Part shown: positions 25,097 through 38,419 of the stretch, in pieces | Numbering within the stretch: the stretch's first letter is position 1 | How the letters are laid out: each line of letters begins with the position of its first letter | NCBI GenBank assembly: GCA_976551045.1 | Contig: CDPCPM010000052.1 | Span: 5,766,001 to 5,830,000 of the forward strand | From: Glaucostegus cemiculus | Taxonomy: Eukaryota | DNA length: 64,000 nucleotides | Direction: 5' to 3' | Position numbers and translations under genes: made by a program | Notes under the pieces: model-generated | Told to the model about the DNA's origin: nothing | The model's input: the letters and a program-made list of their open reading frames with translations, nothing else | Database searches by the model: none

Positions 25097-26169
25097 AGTC
25101 ATTATTTTGTTGCATACTTCCAGAATATAATGTCTGGAACAGGGAGGAATAATACTGAATAAAATTTAAGGTCATCCACCTCAAGTGCTACATTGCTGTT
25201 TCATAAAAAGGTTCACTAAACCAGGGATACTTTTCTGTCTCAGCTGGAAATCATCCATGGCTATACTGAAAAATAATTAGTGATAAGTTGTGCCATGTGA
25301 AATACTATTTGCTGCCCTTACTTAGTGTGTTTGGATGTTGAGCTCACAAGCTGAGGAGTGATTGTTCTGGCAGTGCTACATTTTTTTCCAATTTGCACCC
25401 AGTAACACAACCTCGCACTTCCATGGTTGCAGCACTGATTGTAGGCACTGTGGTGTTCTTTTTCCTTGACTGTGCACAAACCCTAACCTGAGAAGAACAT
25501 CCTATGCTGCACTAATAAAACAATTGCAATTCTTTCAGCCCCAGAATTAATGGTAATTGTGTGAAACTTTACAACAAGTTTATATTGACTCCAGCTTACA
25601 AACCACTGTATTAAAGTTTCTTAGTTTTGTTTTGGTAATAATCAAAGTAAGGAGATTTTTATTTTCTTACATCTTTGTGTAGAGTAGAACATACCAGTCC
25701 GAATTGGCAAAGTATTATTTCTGATTTTATAATGTTACTATAATTTTTCTTACACTAGGCTGCTGTATGATGTTCTTGATCTATTATGTTGGTTTGTTCC
25801 AATTATTGCGGTTTAAATATCTTGGGCAATTTAAAAAAAAGTACTTGTACACTTCTTGGGGATTACAGATCATGAGGTGACTCTAATTACAATGTTTTCA
25901 GGAAGAGGGAAGCATTGATGTTCTTCTTCAGTATTTTAATCTTCACTCTGTGGAGACCTTGCTTCCACCAGAGGCCCAGTGTGATGCAATGTGTACTATC
26001 AACAAAGTACACTGCACTTAGTAGTCAAGGCTACTCTGATGAATACTCCAGCATCTCCCAAACCTGTGACCTCTACTCAGAAGGACAAGGGTGATGGGTG
26101 CATTGGTATACCTCCATCTGCAGTTTTTACTCCAAGTCCTACACCATCCTGATTTAGAAGTATATTGCT

Positions 26170-26312
26170 ATATTTCCAATAAATATTTGCACATTGCTGC
26201 ATTTATTGTTGTATTTATTATTACCATGTACACTGTTTACTCTGTGAGCTTCACACAAGCAAGGAATTTCATTGCACCTTTGTGTATGTGATAATAAACT
26301 AATCTGAATCTG
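26170..26312 (+). mobile_element. Rex1/Babar-type 3' UTR and tail
   Basis: gcaaggaatttcattgcacc...gtgataataaactaatctgaatctga; abuts an older LINE tail at about 25940-26170. Confidence 0.6.
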
Positions 26313-26583
26313 ATCCTGAAAGATTTGTTTGAAAACTTCCTTTCTAAGAAATATAACATAATACACCTGTTTTTACGCACTTTCCATTTTTGTGTTACAG
26401 TGGTTATCTCCACACACTTACTTTTATCTTCCTAGTTATATCCAAGAACATGGCAGACCACTTACTCAGAAGAACCTACTTGAACAGCTCCTAAGCTGAC
26501 TTCCCCAAAGTGAATAGGGTGAGGAAATATTGTTTTCCTGTCTTTGTCAGAAAACATCTTTGGGAAATTGTTGATGAATATAC

Positions 26584-26645
26584 TTCCTATACTCTGACAC
26601 AGTTTTAGAGTACAAAACCAATAGTGATGACACTTCATCTTGTAA
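26584..26645 (+). repeat. 62-bp dispersed direct repeat, copy 2
   Basis: Ungapped 51/62 identity with 25035-25096. Confidence 0.9.
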
Positions 26646-28292
26646 TATACACTGCAGATTTTGGACTTGTTTTATTATAGAGTTTGATGGTGTCAGTTAC
26701 TCCAATGACTGGTTTGAAGACTTGTATATATGGGAGCAGAATGATCCATTTGTACAAGAGGGTAATAATAACATTTCTTCTGAACTGCTATTTGTGTCTC
26801 AGTTATGCTTCCTTATTTATCTAATGGTGGGCAAACAAGGATGAGCTGAGACTTAATACAAATCAATAAGAGGCTTTATTTCCACAGCAACTGAATAGTT
26901 AGAGTAACTGTAAATCTAGTTCAATGACAACAGCATGCCTTTTCAAAATAATACAAAGATAATGAACATGTTGGCTGTCACATATTAGTAGATGGTCTTG
27001 TTTCACATCAACCAATTTTTCTCTTATTAAGTTATACCCTCTCATTCCTTTCTTTGCCTTTGCTTTGTTTAAAAAATGCTGACTGCGCACCACCTTGTTT
27101 TAAGTGCTTGTCCACTTACCTTCCCTGTGCTAAATCACTGGCTGTTTCATACCTACAAAGAGGGTTCAATGACTTTCCAACACACAGGTATGATGCATTT
27201 ACTAATTGGAGAAAGTTATGGAATTATTAATTGTTTGTCCTCTTGAGAAATGATATGAAAGCTACAATATGAAAGTGTTTTTATTTAATTTGAAGGATTT
27301 TTTTAAAAGCAGCATTTTAAAGTGCATTCTTAAAAATTCCTATCAATGGAGAAATGGTCAAAAGATTGTGAAATACAGCCATTTGTGTAGACTAATTTGA
27401 ATTTTTAATTCCCATTAGCATTGGTCAAATGGAATTTCCCAACTATCATGCATACAAAACTAGTACAGAAACACAGCATTTTAAACCAGCTGGACAATAC
27501 AACTTAATTGATCTGCATTCTACCTCTGGACTTGGCATTCACCATCACTGGTGATCTGTGACTCCACTTAGCTGTATTAATTTGATCTGCTGAGCCTTCA
27601 GCATCATGACTTTTTCCACTGTGAAAGGAAACACCAACGATATAATACTGTCAAAGAGCAATTTGGAGTCTAGAGTTGTAGATATCTTTATTCAGGACAG
27701 GCAAACACATGGTGAGACCTGGTGAAAGAGTCGACCCTAACTCGCGTGATTAAATGCAATTTCAATAGTTACAATGCATAGCTTACCTCAATATTTTGGG
27801 TGTGGATAATGTACTTTGCAACTAATCATTTACAGAGGGGAGGATGTATTAAGTGACAAGAGTGTTCAAACACCTTTGTTGAGACCAGATAGTTCACATC
27901 AGTATTCTAAAAGCTTCTGAGGACAAAACGCAAGCATTCAGGATATCTGTCTTTTACAACAGTATTATTGGGGTGCCTCTGTGGATACACAAACATCAAG
28001 TATTTATTGACAGAACAAATATGACTTTGACCATGTCTGATGTGCTAAGTGACAAAATGACCATTCTGCAACCTTCCTTTGTGATATTCTGCCCTTGGGT
28101 CCCTTTATCTCTGTCAAGATGGTGCAAAATATCTCTGTATCTCTGCATTTCAAGATGTCCAAGACCTTCACCTGTTGTTTCTCAGTATGGATGGATGTCA
28201 GACTTCCATTGCTACTAAGGAACAATAGATGAAGGTCTAGACATTGGAATCATAGTTAGGGTTTATGTGTGATTCAGTTAACCTAACCCTGA

Positions 28293-28612
28293 TGTCATAG
28301 AGTCATAGAGTTCTACAGCGTGGAACACACAGGCCCTTCAGTCCAACTCATCCATGCCGACCAAGTTGCCTAACTGAGTTAATCCTATTTGTCTGCATTT
28401 GGCCCATGCCCCTTTAATCCTTTCCTATCCATGAGCCTGTTGAAATGTCTTTTACGTGTAGTAATTGTATCCACCTCTTCCACTTCTTTTATCAGCTCTT
28501 TCCATATGTGCATCACCCTCTATGCGGAAAACATTGCCCCTCAGCTCCCTTTCAAATCTTCCCCTCTCACTTTAAACTCATGCCCTCTAATTTTGGACTC
28601 CCCTCCCCTTTC
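28293..28612 (-). mobile_element. CR1 3' end
   Basis: gtcatagagtcatagag tail and aggcccttcagtccaactc...ctcactttaaactcatgccctcta. Confidence 0.85.
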
Positions 28613-29029
28613 TGTATACTTGCGTTGCTTATGAAAGTGTGTCATTGCTTTGTTACAATCTTTATTCAGGTATCCATTGTGAGATCAAGTATTGTCCTGT
28701 TTCTGGTTGGCCTTTGTACCCCAGGCAGTCAATGACCTAATTTGCACTGGGAATCTTTCCTTCACAACCTCCAGTTCTCTGCACTGTCTGCTTCTATCTG
28801 CTCACTGTGATCGACAAGTGGGTTGATCTCTGATATCAACCTGGCCCCATGAACACATTTACTCGTACTTTGGTTCTTACCCTTCCACTTACATCTGTGG
28901 CGCCCCTGATGCCCTCTGCCATTTTGGCAGTTTCCAGTTTTTGGTCTCTGGAGACTCACTTCATCATAGATGGTCAATTCCTCTGCAGCAGGTGGCTCCA
29001 AGGGCCCCTCTTTTTTTTCCTTCAACGAA

Positions 29030-29725
29030 GTCCCAACCATTCCCCCTACACTATCACCACACCTTCATCAGGCTGAACTCTATCTTGCATTGAGCAACTT
29101 CTACCTCAACTTCATTTACTTTCTCCAAGTCAGAGGTGTAACTTTGGAATTCACATGGGCCCTAACTAAGCCCACTCTTTAGTAGGATATGTGGAACAGA
29201 ACTTGTTTCAGTCCTACTCAGGCCTATGCCATAAACTCTTTCTGTTACTTTGATTACTGTATTGGTACTGCTTCCTGCACTTGTAAGGAACTTGAAAATT
29301 TCATTGCTTTTGATTCCACTTTCCACCCTGCTCTCAATTACGAATGTTCCATATCTGATTCTTCTCTTCCTTTTCATGACTTCTCAATTGCTGTCTTGGG
29401 GTTGTTTAGTGCCATTATTCATTATCCAGCACATAACCTCCCACAGCAATCTTGACTGCACCTCCTCACACCCTGCTTCCTGTGAGGACTGCATTTAATT
29501 TTCCCAGTTTCTGTCTCAATCCTCACTTCTGATGATGAGACTTTAGAGTTTTCCCTCTACCGTAGTTGATGGAGTTCTCAATCAGTTTTCTGTTTCTCTC
29601 ATTTATGCTTTCACCTTCCTCTTTCCCAGCCAGAACAAGGAGGGAGCTCCCTTTGTCCTCACTTTCTACCCTACTAACCATCACATTCAATAGATAATCC
29701 ATTATGATTTCTACCACCTTCAACG
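29030..29725 (+). mobile_element. Penelope-like element reverse transcriptase fragment (pseudogenised)
   Basis: Peptides LSNFYLNFIYFLQVRGV, FCYFDYCIGTASCTCKELENFIAFDSTFHPALNYECSISDSSLPFHD (RYIDD region) and SHSNLDCTSSHPASCEDCI, typical of PLE RT/thumb. Confidence 0.85.
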
Positions 29726-30295
29726 GTAGTCCAGCATCTGCAATTTTTTGTTACTGTCACTAACTTTCTCCCTGCATTTGGTACTCATCTAGTACATCAC
29801 AATTACCTGGAAATACCAACAACTGAAGTGGAATCATAACCCAAGCATAAAGATAGGGAGGAGAAATGGATTATTAGTTCTCCAAATAATCACCAAGACC
29901 AAAGGATAAACAGTTGTTTAAACTTTCAGCCCACTGAAGAAATACAACTTCTCAACTTGAGGATGTCAATCCTGCAAATCAGATTGGTCATTTTATTGAA
30001 GTATTTTTGATGCATCCATAAGAATTTTGTTCCTCATGCTTAAGATAATGGTCAATATTTACATCAGCTCCACTTTCTGCACTGACACTATATCCTATGA
30101 TTTCTTACTTTGATATGCTTTGATTGTATTCAGCAATTGAGTATCCAGAAGAATAATAATGTAAAATCTTCCCTGACTGAATCCCATTTACATCCAGTTT
30201 TTTTAAACTGGCACTTGCCTGAAGTTGAAGCTTCCCAGCTGTTTTACTTGCTTGAGAAACATAGATCAGTTATGATAATCGTCTAAGCCAAAGCA

Positions 30296-30493
30296 GTGTG
30301 ACTGTAAATTGTACAGAAAATGCTTAGCAGGTCAAGCAGCATCTCTTGAGAGAAGCAAGTTAATTTTACGGTTGAGAACCTCTTACCAATTTAGAGAGAG
30401 AGTGCAGAAAATGCTGGAGATACTCAGCAGGTTAGGCAGCAGCTATCAAGATAAAAACAGGGTTTACATTTCAGGTTGATAACCTTTCATCAG
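30296..30493 (-). mobile_element. Two tandem Penelope-derived short elements; one retains an intact hammerhead core
   Basis: Minus strand 30493-30465: CTGATGA-a-aggtt atc aacct-GAAA-tg-TA. Confidence 0.7.
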
Positions 30494-32384
30494 TTCTCTT
30501 TTTAATTGTGAATATTAACACAGCAGTCAAGGCCAAAAAATACTACTAGTGTTCTTGTCAGTAAGGATTTCAGCAGATACAAATGGGGGAGATGATATGC
30601 ACCATTCTTCTAAATAACTCCTTTTGGTGAGGTTAATGTTTTGCTTTGCACGGTTTAGATGCTCAGTGGATGTTCACTGAACCATTGGGATGCTCTTTGG
30701 ATCAGGTAAATCTTAAATCATGTGGTGCTTTGTAGCTTGTGAACTGTAAAGAATATCTAGATATCTAAGGGACCTTTATGTATGCTTTGATTGTAAGATG
30801 AAGCGCAATCTGTATAACTGTACTGATGTTTTAGTATTTGTGAATTGATTTATTTTTCATTCAGTAAAGTAAGTGACAAGTGTCGTTATTATGCAGTAGG
30901 TATTTGTTAATTATCACAGTAAGTCTGTGTTGTTCCTTTATTCTTGTTGTGGAGGAACCTGTACCTCAATAATCTTCTGAAGGGGAGAAGAGAAGTGTTT
31001 AAATGTTATAGATTTTTAACTTGAATTTGTAACATTGGACAAAGGTTGCCTGACTCCTTTTAAATATAGGCTGAATACTTTGCAAGCGTGAAGTGCGGAA
31101 TTATTAAATAGCTGTTGTTCTTTGAAATGATTGATGATTGTGAAAGTATCTGTTGGCACGATTTTGAGAGTTCTTGATTAGAGCTGAATTTGTACAACAG
31201 CCATTGACTTTTGGAGTTTTCATAAAAGACATTTTTAGAAGACAGTTTAAAACAAAGATCAAATAGCTGTGCAGTCTTTGGTTTGTTGTAGTAAAATATA
31301 GGAAGGCAAATTCTTCCAGTAATGGGCACTTGTTTGGAGATCATTAGAAAGTGAATTAATTGTTAGTGCTTTCCCAGCATTTAGTCATGCTTCATTTTTA
31401 AAAGTTTTGTTTTAAAGTTTGAATTTCTTGGCTTTGATCTATTGGGGGATGTAGCAGCTTAAAAATAAATGTATGAAAATAAAAAATACCCAGAGGACTG
31501 AAATGATTTGGCCACACTACTGTGTTGGATTCATTCTTTGTGGCCTTTCATACCAGCACTCGTGATGGTGTGAAATGAAGTAAATTACTGTCTCTGTCAA
31601 GGTGTATTCTTTCCAATTCTCACTCATTATTCCTGTCAGATAGGTGTTAAATTATATACTCTCAGAAATCACATATAAGGATTTGCAGGACATAAGTTAT
31701 TAGGCACTTTGATTTCGTGTATATTTTCCTGCCAGGTTGGGCCAATTTTCACAGTCAAGAATGTCAACGGGTTTTCCACTGTGTATCCAGCAGAGATGGC
31801 TTCAATGTAAATTTGGAACACAACTAGACTGTGCTGTACTGTTTGAATTCTGCAGTCAATGTAATTCTTGATATTTGCATTTATTATTACCCAGGAGAAC
31901 AAGAAACCTTTTTTTTAACAAGTTTCTGTTTTCTCTCTACTTATTTCTGTCATGCATATTTCATTTTTTTTTATTTTTTCTCTGAGTTGGAGTGGCAAGA
32001 ATTTTGTGCTAAACTCTGATAATGTAATTGGAGCAAATACCTGCAGATGCTGTAAATCCAGAAAAATAGAGAATGCTGGAAACATTGGCTAGAAACATAC
32101 AGTAGATCAAGCAGCATCAGCGGAGAGAAAAAGTTGATGTTTCAATCTTAGGACCTATCGGCAACCAGAAAAAATAGGAAAACAACTAAGTTGCAGAGAG
32201 TATCACCACCAGAACTGATCCCATCACCCCTGTGTCCACGTGTATTTCAAGTAAGGGTCTGACTATTGATCAGATATGGTAGTTGATTTTCTGAACTAGA
32301 AGTTATTTGCATCATCAGTATTCAGCTAATTAAACATAAGAAGAACTAAATAGAAGTTTGAATCTCTGATTTCTCTGACATGGA

Positions 32385-33130
32385 AACAATAAATGCATAA
32401 CTGAACTGTGAACCTGTGGACATATTGGTACTTGGCCCAATTTATAGCATTCATCACTCACCTCTATCTCAACAGCATTTTTCTGTATATTTCCCATATC
32501 CGTTGATTCCTTTGATTTCCAGAAGTCTGTTGATCTCTCTTTCAAATGAATTCAGTGACCGAGTCTCCAGAATGCTCTAGTGTAGATAATTCCAAAGATT
32601 CATCACTCTCTACTTGAAGAAATTATTTCTCAACTCAATCCTAACTGGCCTACCTGCATTGTGAGAGAGTATCTTCATTCTAGACTCCACAGTTAGAAGC
32701 ATCTGCATCCAGTGGGTCGAGCCCTGTATGAGATGTAAGTTTTGATGAGATCTTACATTATGTTAACTCTAGAGAATATAAATGTAGTTTACTCAATGTC
32801 TCCTCTTGCATAAACCCCACCATCCAAGGGACCAGTCTAATGAATCCTCACTGTACTCCATCCTTTGGTCTCCTTACCTAAGAAAGAATATAGTTATGGT
32901 AGGTATATCCCTTCTTACCAAAAGAGACCAAAGCTGTACACAATATTCCAAAGATGATCTCATTGAAGCCCTATATGATTATATTAAGACTCGGGTACTC
33001 AAATCCTTTTACAATAAAGGCCACTGTACCATTTGTCTTCCTGATCATAGGCTGCACCTGTATGTTGGATTTCTGTGACTGGTATGCAATGATGTCTAGG
33101 TTTCTTTAAACATCAGCATTCCTCAATCAC
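32385..33130 (-). mobile_element. CR1 3' fragment (decayed)
   Basis: gagaccaaagctgtacacaatattccaaag (reverse complement of an LEYCVQxWS motif) and CR1 3' UTR. Confidence 0.8.
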
Positions 33131-33374
33131 TCATCAATCTTTGTCCAGTGTTTGCACGTGGGACCTTATTACAAGTTAAAAAATTACGTCACTTGGTATG
33201 TCTGCAAAAAGATCCCAAAGGATCAGCTAGGCAGGTGACTTAGAAGTTTTTCATCTGCCTTCCATTGCTCTCCATTAAACGGTAGAGCTTTAGTGTATGG
33301 GCATGGCACAATAAATGATTACATCCATGGGTATAAAGAAAGGAAGATTTGTAGTGTTTGTCTGGTTCCTTTCA

Positions 33375-33900
33375 TGATATTCCCAAAACTCTTTATAGCC
33401 AAGAGAATACTTTTTGAAGTATTTGAAAATCAGAAAAACTGCAGATGCTGCAAATCTGAAATAAAAACAAAAATTACTGGAAGTACTAGGGTTGAAGACC
33501 CTTTGTCTGACAAAGAGTCTTCCAGCTGAAACATAAGTTCTGTTTCTCTTTCCACAGATGCTGTTTGACCTGCTGAGTGTTCCTAGCTTTTTCTGTTTTT
33601 ATTTAGTCAACCTAAGAGTTGTGTTATTGTGACCAGATAGTCTGTTTTATTGATTTTTAACTGAGGGACAAATATTGGGCAGGGGACCAGGGATCTCTCC
33701 ACTGTTGTTTGTAGTACAAATGCCATGGGACCTGTTACACCCATTTGGGAGAGTTCTTGGGGCAAAGTTTAATGTCTTGTCAAAATTCAGCAGCTCAGAT
33801 GGTGATGGTGCAGCACTGCCTCAAGTTTGCACTGAAATTTCAGCCTAAACTTCTGTACTTTAGAGATAAGTGCTGCTAATTGAGCTGATGTTGAGAGCTG
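33375..33900 (-). mobile_element. Deu-domain SINE (SacSINE1/AmnSINE1-like) interrupted by a Penelope-derived insertion
   Basis: gccatgggacctgttacacccatttgggagag...gtttaatgtcttgtc...gtgcagcactgcctcaagtttgcactgaaatttcagccta follows the reversed Deu-domain consensus as remembered. Confidence 0.6.
33428..33605. mobile_element. Head-to-head pair of Penelope-derived tails
   Basis: Minus copy (ctgcagatgctgcaaatctgaaataaaaac) and plus copy (ccacagatgctgtttgacctgctgag) joined through the palindrome at 33494-33522. Confidence 0.75.
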
Positions 33901-36605
33901 TGCTATCCGTTCATTTATCTGCCTGCTTAAAGTTCGGTATTTGAAATGAGTTTGTACAGCTCTTACTTGTGTTATCAAGTTTTCTGACATCAATTCAAAT
34001 AGTTTCTCTTATTTTTTTTGTACTTCTGTACTGCATGAAAAGTATAATTTAATAAGTTTCTAAAACCACACTTACCAGTGCATGTTATAATTACATTTGT
34101 ACTGTAGTGTGTAAAATGATCTTTTTAATAGGGTTTCCAGTTCTCTGTTCTTGAGAGAGTAGTTTAACAATACATCAAAAAATTTGATTAAGCCATATTG
34201 GTTTAGGAGCATAATAGATAACCATTTTACATACTGTATATATCTTTTTTTTTCCTTAATTGATATTGGAATTGTATGTTGACAGTGAAGTAAGATACAA
34301 GGAGGTTTTAAACACTTTTTTAGTTGAGAAAACAGAAATTAAGCACAAAATATTTGGCATATAAGTAAGTTTTATGCCTTTCAATGCTTATTGATTATTT
34401 TACTGGTCGCCTTTGTAAAAATACGTATATGTGTAAAGTTTGGAACTAATTGGTCTGAGACTCCAGCATAAAATCTAGTTAATTTAACTAGGTTTTGAAG
34501 ACTCAGTAGTGGAGGACACATCAATCATACAAATGTTAGTGTGTGTTTCAAACAGAGAGCATGGTGCTATGCTGTAAATTACTCTGCCTTAACAACTTCA
34601 TATGCTTAAAGTCTCTTGTGTCTCCAAAATCTGATGCCTTTTGCTCATAATTTAAAATCTTAACAATTAGCAGGATTAACACATTCCTTTTCCATACTAA
34701 AGAAAAATTGATGAGTGGATGTGACAGCAACATCAAAGGAATGAGGCATGAGGCCAGTGTCAAAAGTTTGAAGCAAATATTTTATACGTTTTGCTGAGCT
34801 CTCATTAACTACAGTAACAGAATGGTTTAATTTAAGAAGTTTTCCAAGATGAAAACAAACCAATTACAATGTGAAGCCAATTTTGGTAATTCAAAGCAAA
34901 TGGATGCCAAGGGGATTTGGTTTTCCTGATCTTGCTTAGATGTGACTCTCATTTTGTTTCCAAATGATCCCAGAACAAATCAGGAAGGGTCTGACATCCA
35001 CGTTTGGGGAGGTGTCTTTGGCTTAAACTGTGAAGGATAGAGGTTGATACTTTTTTGCCTTTCTGCACATTTTTTAAATTGCTGCATCTGGTTTTTGGCT
35101 TTATGGTAAAATTAGTCTTTATTATATAGTGACTGGCAATGCAGATGAATACTGTTAATGCATTGAGTGTTCGGTACATTGATTTCCATTCAACTTTTTT
35201 TAACCCCTTTTATTTCATCAAAGTGATCTCTCTTAACATATCCCTTTTATTCTGAGGCAAGAGAATCAAGTGTCATTATTATTCCATTGACACTGATAAT
35301 ACTGCTTCTTCATTGATGAGTCAAGAGTGGGATGGTTGGATTAATGTAGAATGTGATTGGCAGACGTGGTGTTCAAGAAAACTAGAGTGTAAATGTCATT
35401 TGAAGCAGGTTGTGAACTGGGGTCTTCCAGTTGCTACCCGAGTTAACTGAACACATGGTTTAATGAATGTGTATTCTTTGTTTTCCTATGGTTGAGCTCT
35501 GCTGGCATTGGTATAAATTGCTTATTAACAAGTGTAGAAGAACAGAGGAAACCAAACTCCCACTTGGTTTTTGTTTTGCTGCCTCCTTGCAGCAGTGTGT
35601 CTGAAGTGACTGCACAATGAATGCTTCTTGTTAAACTTGCAGAAATGGAGATTTGAAGTTGGCAGCAATATGGTATTTGAGTTTCTGTTATTCTGATGCC
35701 TGTTCTTTCTTCTTCAACATTGCAGTCTATCTCATTGTTCTGCACTTAAAAAAAATGGTAAACTGTGACCAACCTTTCAAAGATCAAAGGTAAATCATAT
35801 ACTGACCTAATTGCAAGTGTACAGATGCAACACACAGCTCTATTCCCTCTTCAACAATACTATCTTTCAAATGTAGCATGTATCATTTGCTGTGTTTTCC
35901 TTCACTCATTTTCTTAGTTTGGTAAAAATTTTCTCCCCTATCATTCTGTTTTTCTCTCTCTGTCTCACTCCTCCCTGTTGCTCTCTTCCACTCAACTGCA
36001 TTCATTTCTCTTTGTCCCTCTCCCTCCTTGTTATCTCTCAGCCTCCCATTCCTTTTTCTTTTGCATTATTGTTAGCACTTGCCCTTCATATCCTATCCTT
36101 GAGTGAACTCATCACTATACATTCCAATTCGGTGTGGAATTGTAGAAGTTTCAGTGCAGAGGCCTTCAGCTTTATTATATTTCTACTGTTGTTGGCTCCA
36201 CATCAGAATTTACTACTCAAAATTCTTACTCTTGAATCCTTTTAATGATTTTCCCTGATCAAATGTTTGGCTAATCTTTTCCCAAATGTCATATTTAATG
36301 TGGCTTTGACAGCTGTTTATCTAAAGCGCTCTATTCTCCTGTGTTACTATTTAAAGTTTTAAAATCTTTAATTTCTTGCATATTGCTCCCACTAAATCTA
36401 AACACTGCATAGAACAGTTATTATTGCAGAGGCTAGTAATTTAATGGATTTCTGTAGTATCTCTTTTGCTTTGTGGCTAGTTTGTTTAAGAGCTAAGTAG
36501 AAGCTGTCAGCCTATAAATGCAAGGGTGGGTTTAAGGAACCTCACTTGAATTGGAAAAGTGGTAAATAAAGCTCAGTGCTGTTTGCCCACCTCTACTCTT
36601 TGTAA

Positions 36606-36969
36606 TAGGTTGAAAGTCTCTAGGTCGCCATCCAGGAGACCTGACTGGTGCCAAACCACAGAAATTGCCACCCCATCATCTTCGTCTGAGCAGGAGAATT
36701 GTTCTTTTTAATTATCGACGCTCCCCAGGACACGTCAGGGTTCTGAGAGCTGTCGTAACTTGAAGTTTCCGTAAGCCACAAATGCTGTTGGCTGAAGTCG
36801 CAAAGGATGCCGTGATAGGTTAAATAGTTACAGATTAGTATAATCTTAGTTAGTTTTCAATCTTGGTTAGAATTAATTAATTAGTGTAGATCTGTACTAC
36901 AGATTCAAAGCATGCCGGACCACGGGATTTCCCGGACCACATAATGCTGGACCAGAGAGCTTCAACCTG
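36606..36969. mobile_element. Tigger/pogo-like MITE
   Basis: Left taggttgaaagtctctaggtc vs right gaccagagagcttcaacctg+TA; subterminal ggacca repeats. Confidence 0.5.
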
Positions 36970-38419
36970 TAAGACTGATTATTTTTGAGTTATGAATGGA
37001 CATATGCAGGCACATTATTCAGAGCCTGTATTACAGGTTCTTGAATTAGCTGGATTCAAAATTTTACAGACTCTCAGATAGATAGGTGTATGCTTCTCAA
37101 TGGTGATTTACTGTATTCACTGCACCCAGGGCTGTGTAGTTCCATAATTCAAACATTTCAACATTTTCAATGCACATTTTTTTTATTGGCCATAATATCT
37201 TTGCTGTATTTAACTTCTCTTCAAATGGTTGTCCTGGAGAAGAACAAAATGCACTCATTGCCCTTCACCATGTCGGTGTAACCATATTGGTACATTTTAA
37301 TATTGACGATGTTTCTTCTATGCTTGATGTTGATTTGCTATGTTTGGAAGGTGTTCCGTGAAATGGGATAGAATTTTCCAGCCTCCTAAAAAAATTTGTA
37401 TTTGTTTTCTTTCCTCTTCCGCTCCACATCCAACTCTAGACCTTTCAGATGTCTCAGTCCATATTTTGGACTAATCTCTTTTTCTTCTTCCAAAATCATC
37501 TTCAGAATCTGCTTCTTTGAATTTACCTTAGATCACCACCCATAATCCTCTTTTCACCATTACTTGGTGCCTGGTTATTTTGACCATGAATCTACTGATA
37601 TGTTTAATTTCTTTAAAGCTGGTACTCTGGTGGAACCTGTTTTTGATCATTTCCGTTATTATCCAATGTTATTGATGTCCAAAGTGGTAGAGTTACTCTC
37701 TGTGCCTTAAGTCATGAAATGGTACAGCACAGGAGGAGGCGCTTTGCACATGCAGCCTGTGCCAATTCTTTCAAAGAATTTCACTGCCCTGTTCTTCCTC
37801 TATATCCCTGCAATTCTTTTTCCCTAAAGTGCTTACCAATCACCTTTTCAAAGGCTACTGTAGAATTGGTATCCACCTGCCAATTCTAACTACATATTGC
37901 CTGAAGAAAAAACTTACTCTTGTGTCATTTCTGAATCTTTGGTTATTTGCCGTAAATCAGGTTTGTCAACTCTCCAGTGATTGGAAATAGTTTTTCTTCA
38001 CTCTAAATCCATCGTGATTTGAAACTTCACTAACCAATATTTCTCTCTTTCAACCTAGCTTTTCTCTTTTTCTGCTCTCCTTAATTTTATGTACCATTTT
38101 GGAAGTGTGCCAATTTATCACTCCTGTTACCTTATTTTGAAGAATCTGCAAGTTGGGATGTGCATCTTTTGTAACCTTCAACTGTAGCATGTGTTGACGT
38201 AGAAATCAGCATGCGGTTACGAACCCTTGTGTTTCTATTTTGTCGTAAAGTGTATTAAGTTCGAATGTATGATGGAAGAGCATGTCATTAAAAATACTTT
38301 TACTAGCTGATGGCAACAGAATACTTCATGATTGATCTTTTAATGGATTTATGATTTTTGTTAAACATTCTTTAAAATCCACGTAAAAATTGCATTTATG
38401 AGAAATCAATAATCATTTT

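Noticed and set aside
25902-26020. Exon after the ttttcag acceptor (EEGSIDVLLQYF...)
   Set aside because: The frame runs into an old LINE C-terminal remnant (AMCTINKVHC) and a stop; no good donor.
26436-26518. AG/GT-bounded 83-nt segment as a coding exon
   Set aside because: Stops in all three frames; a non-coding exon cannot be excluded but has no support.
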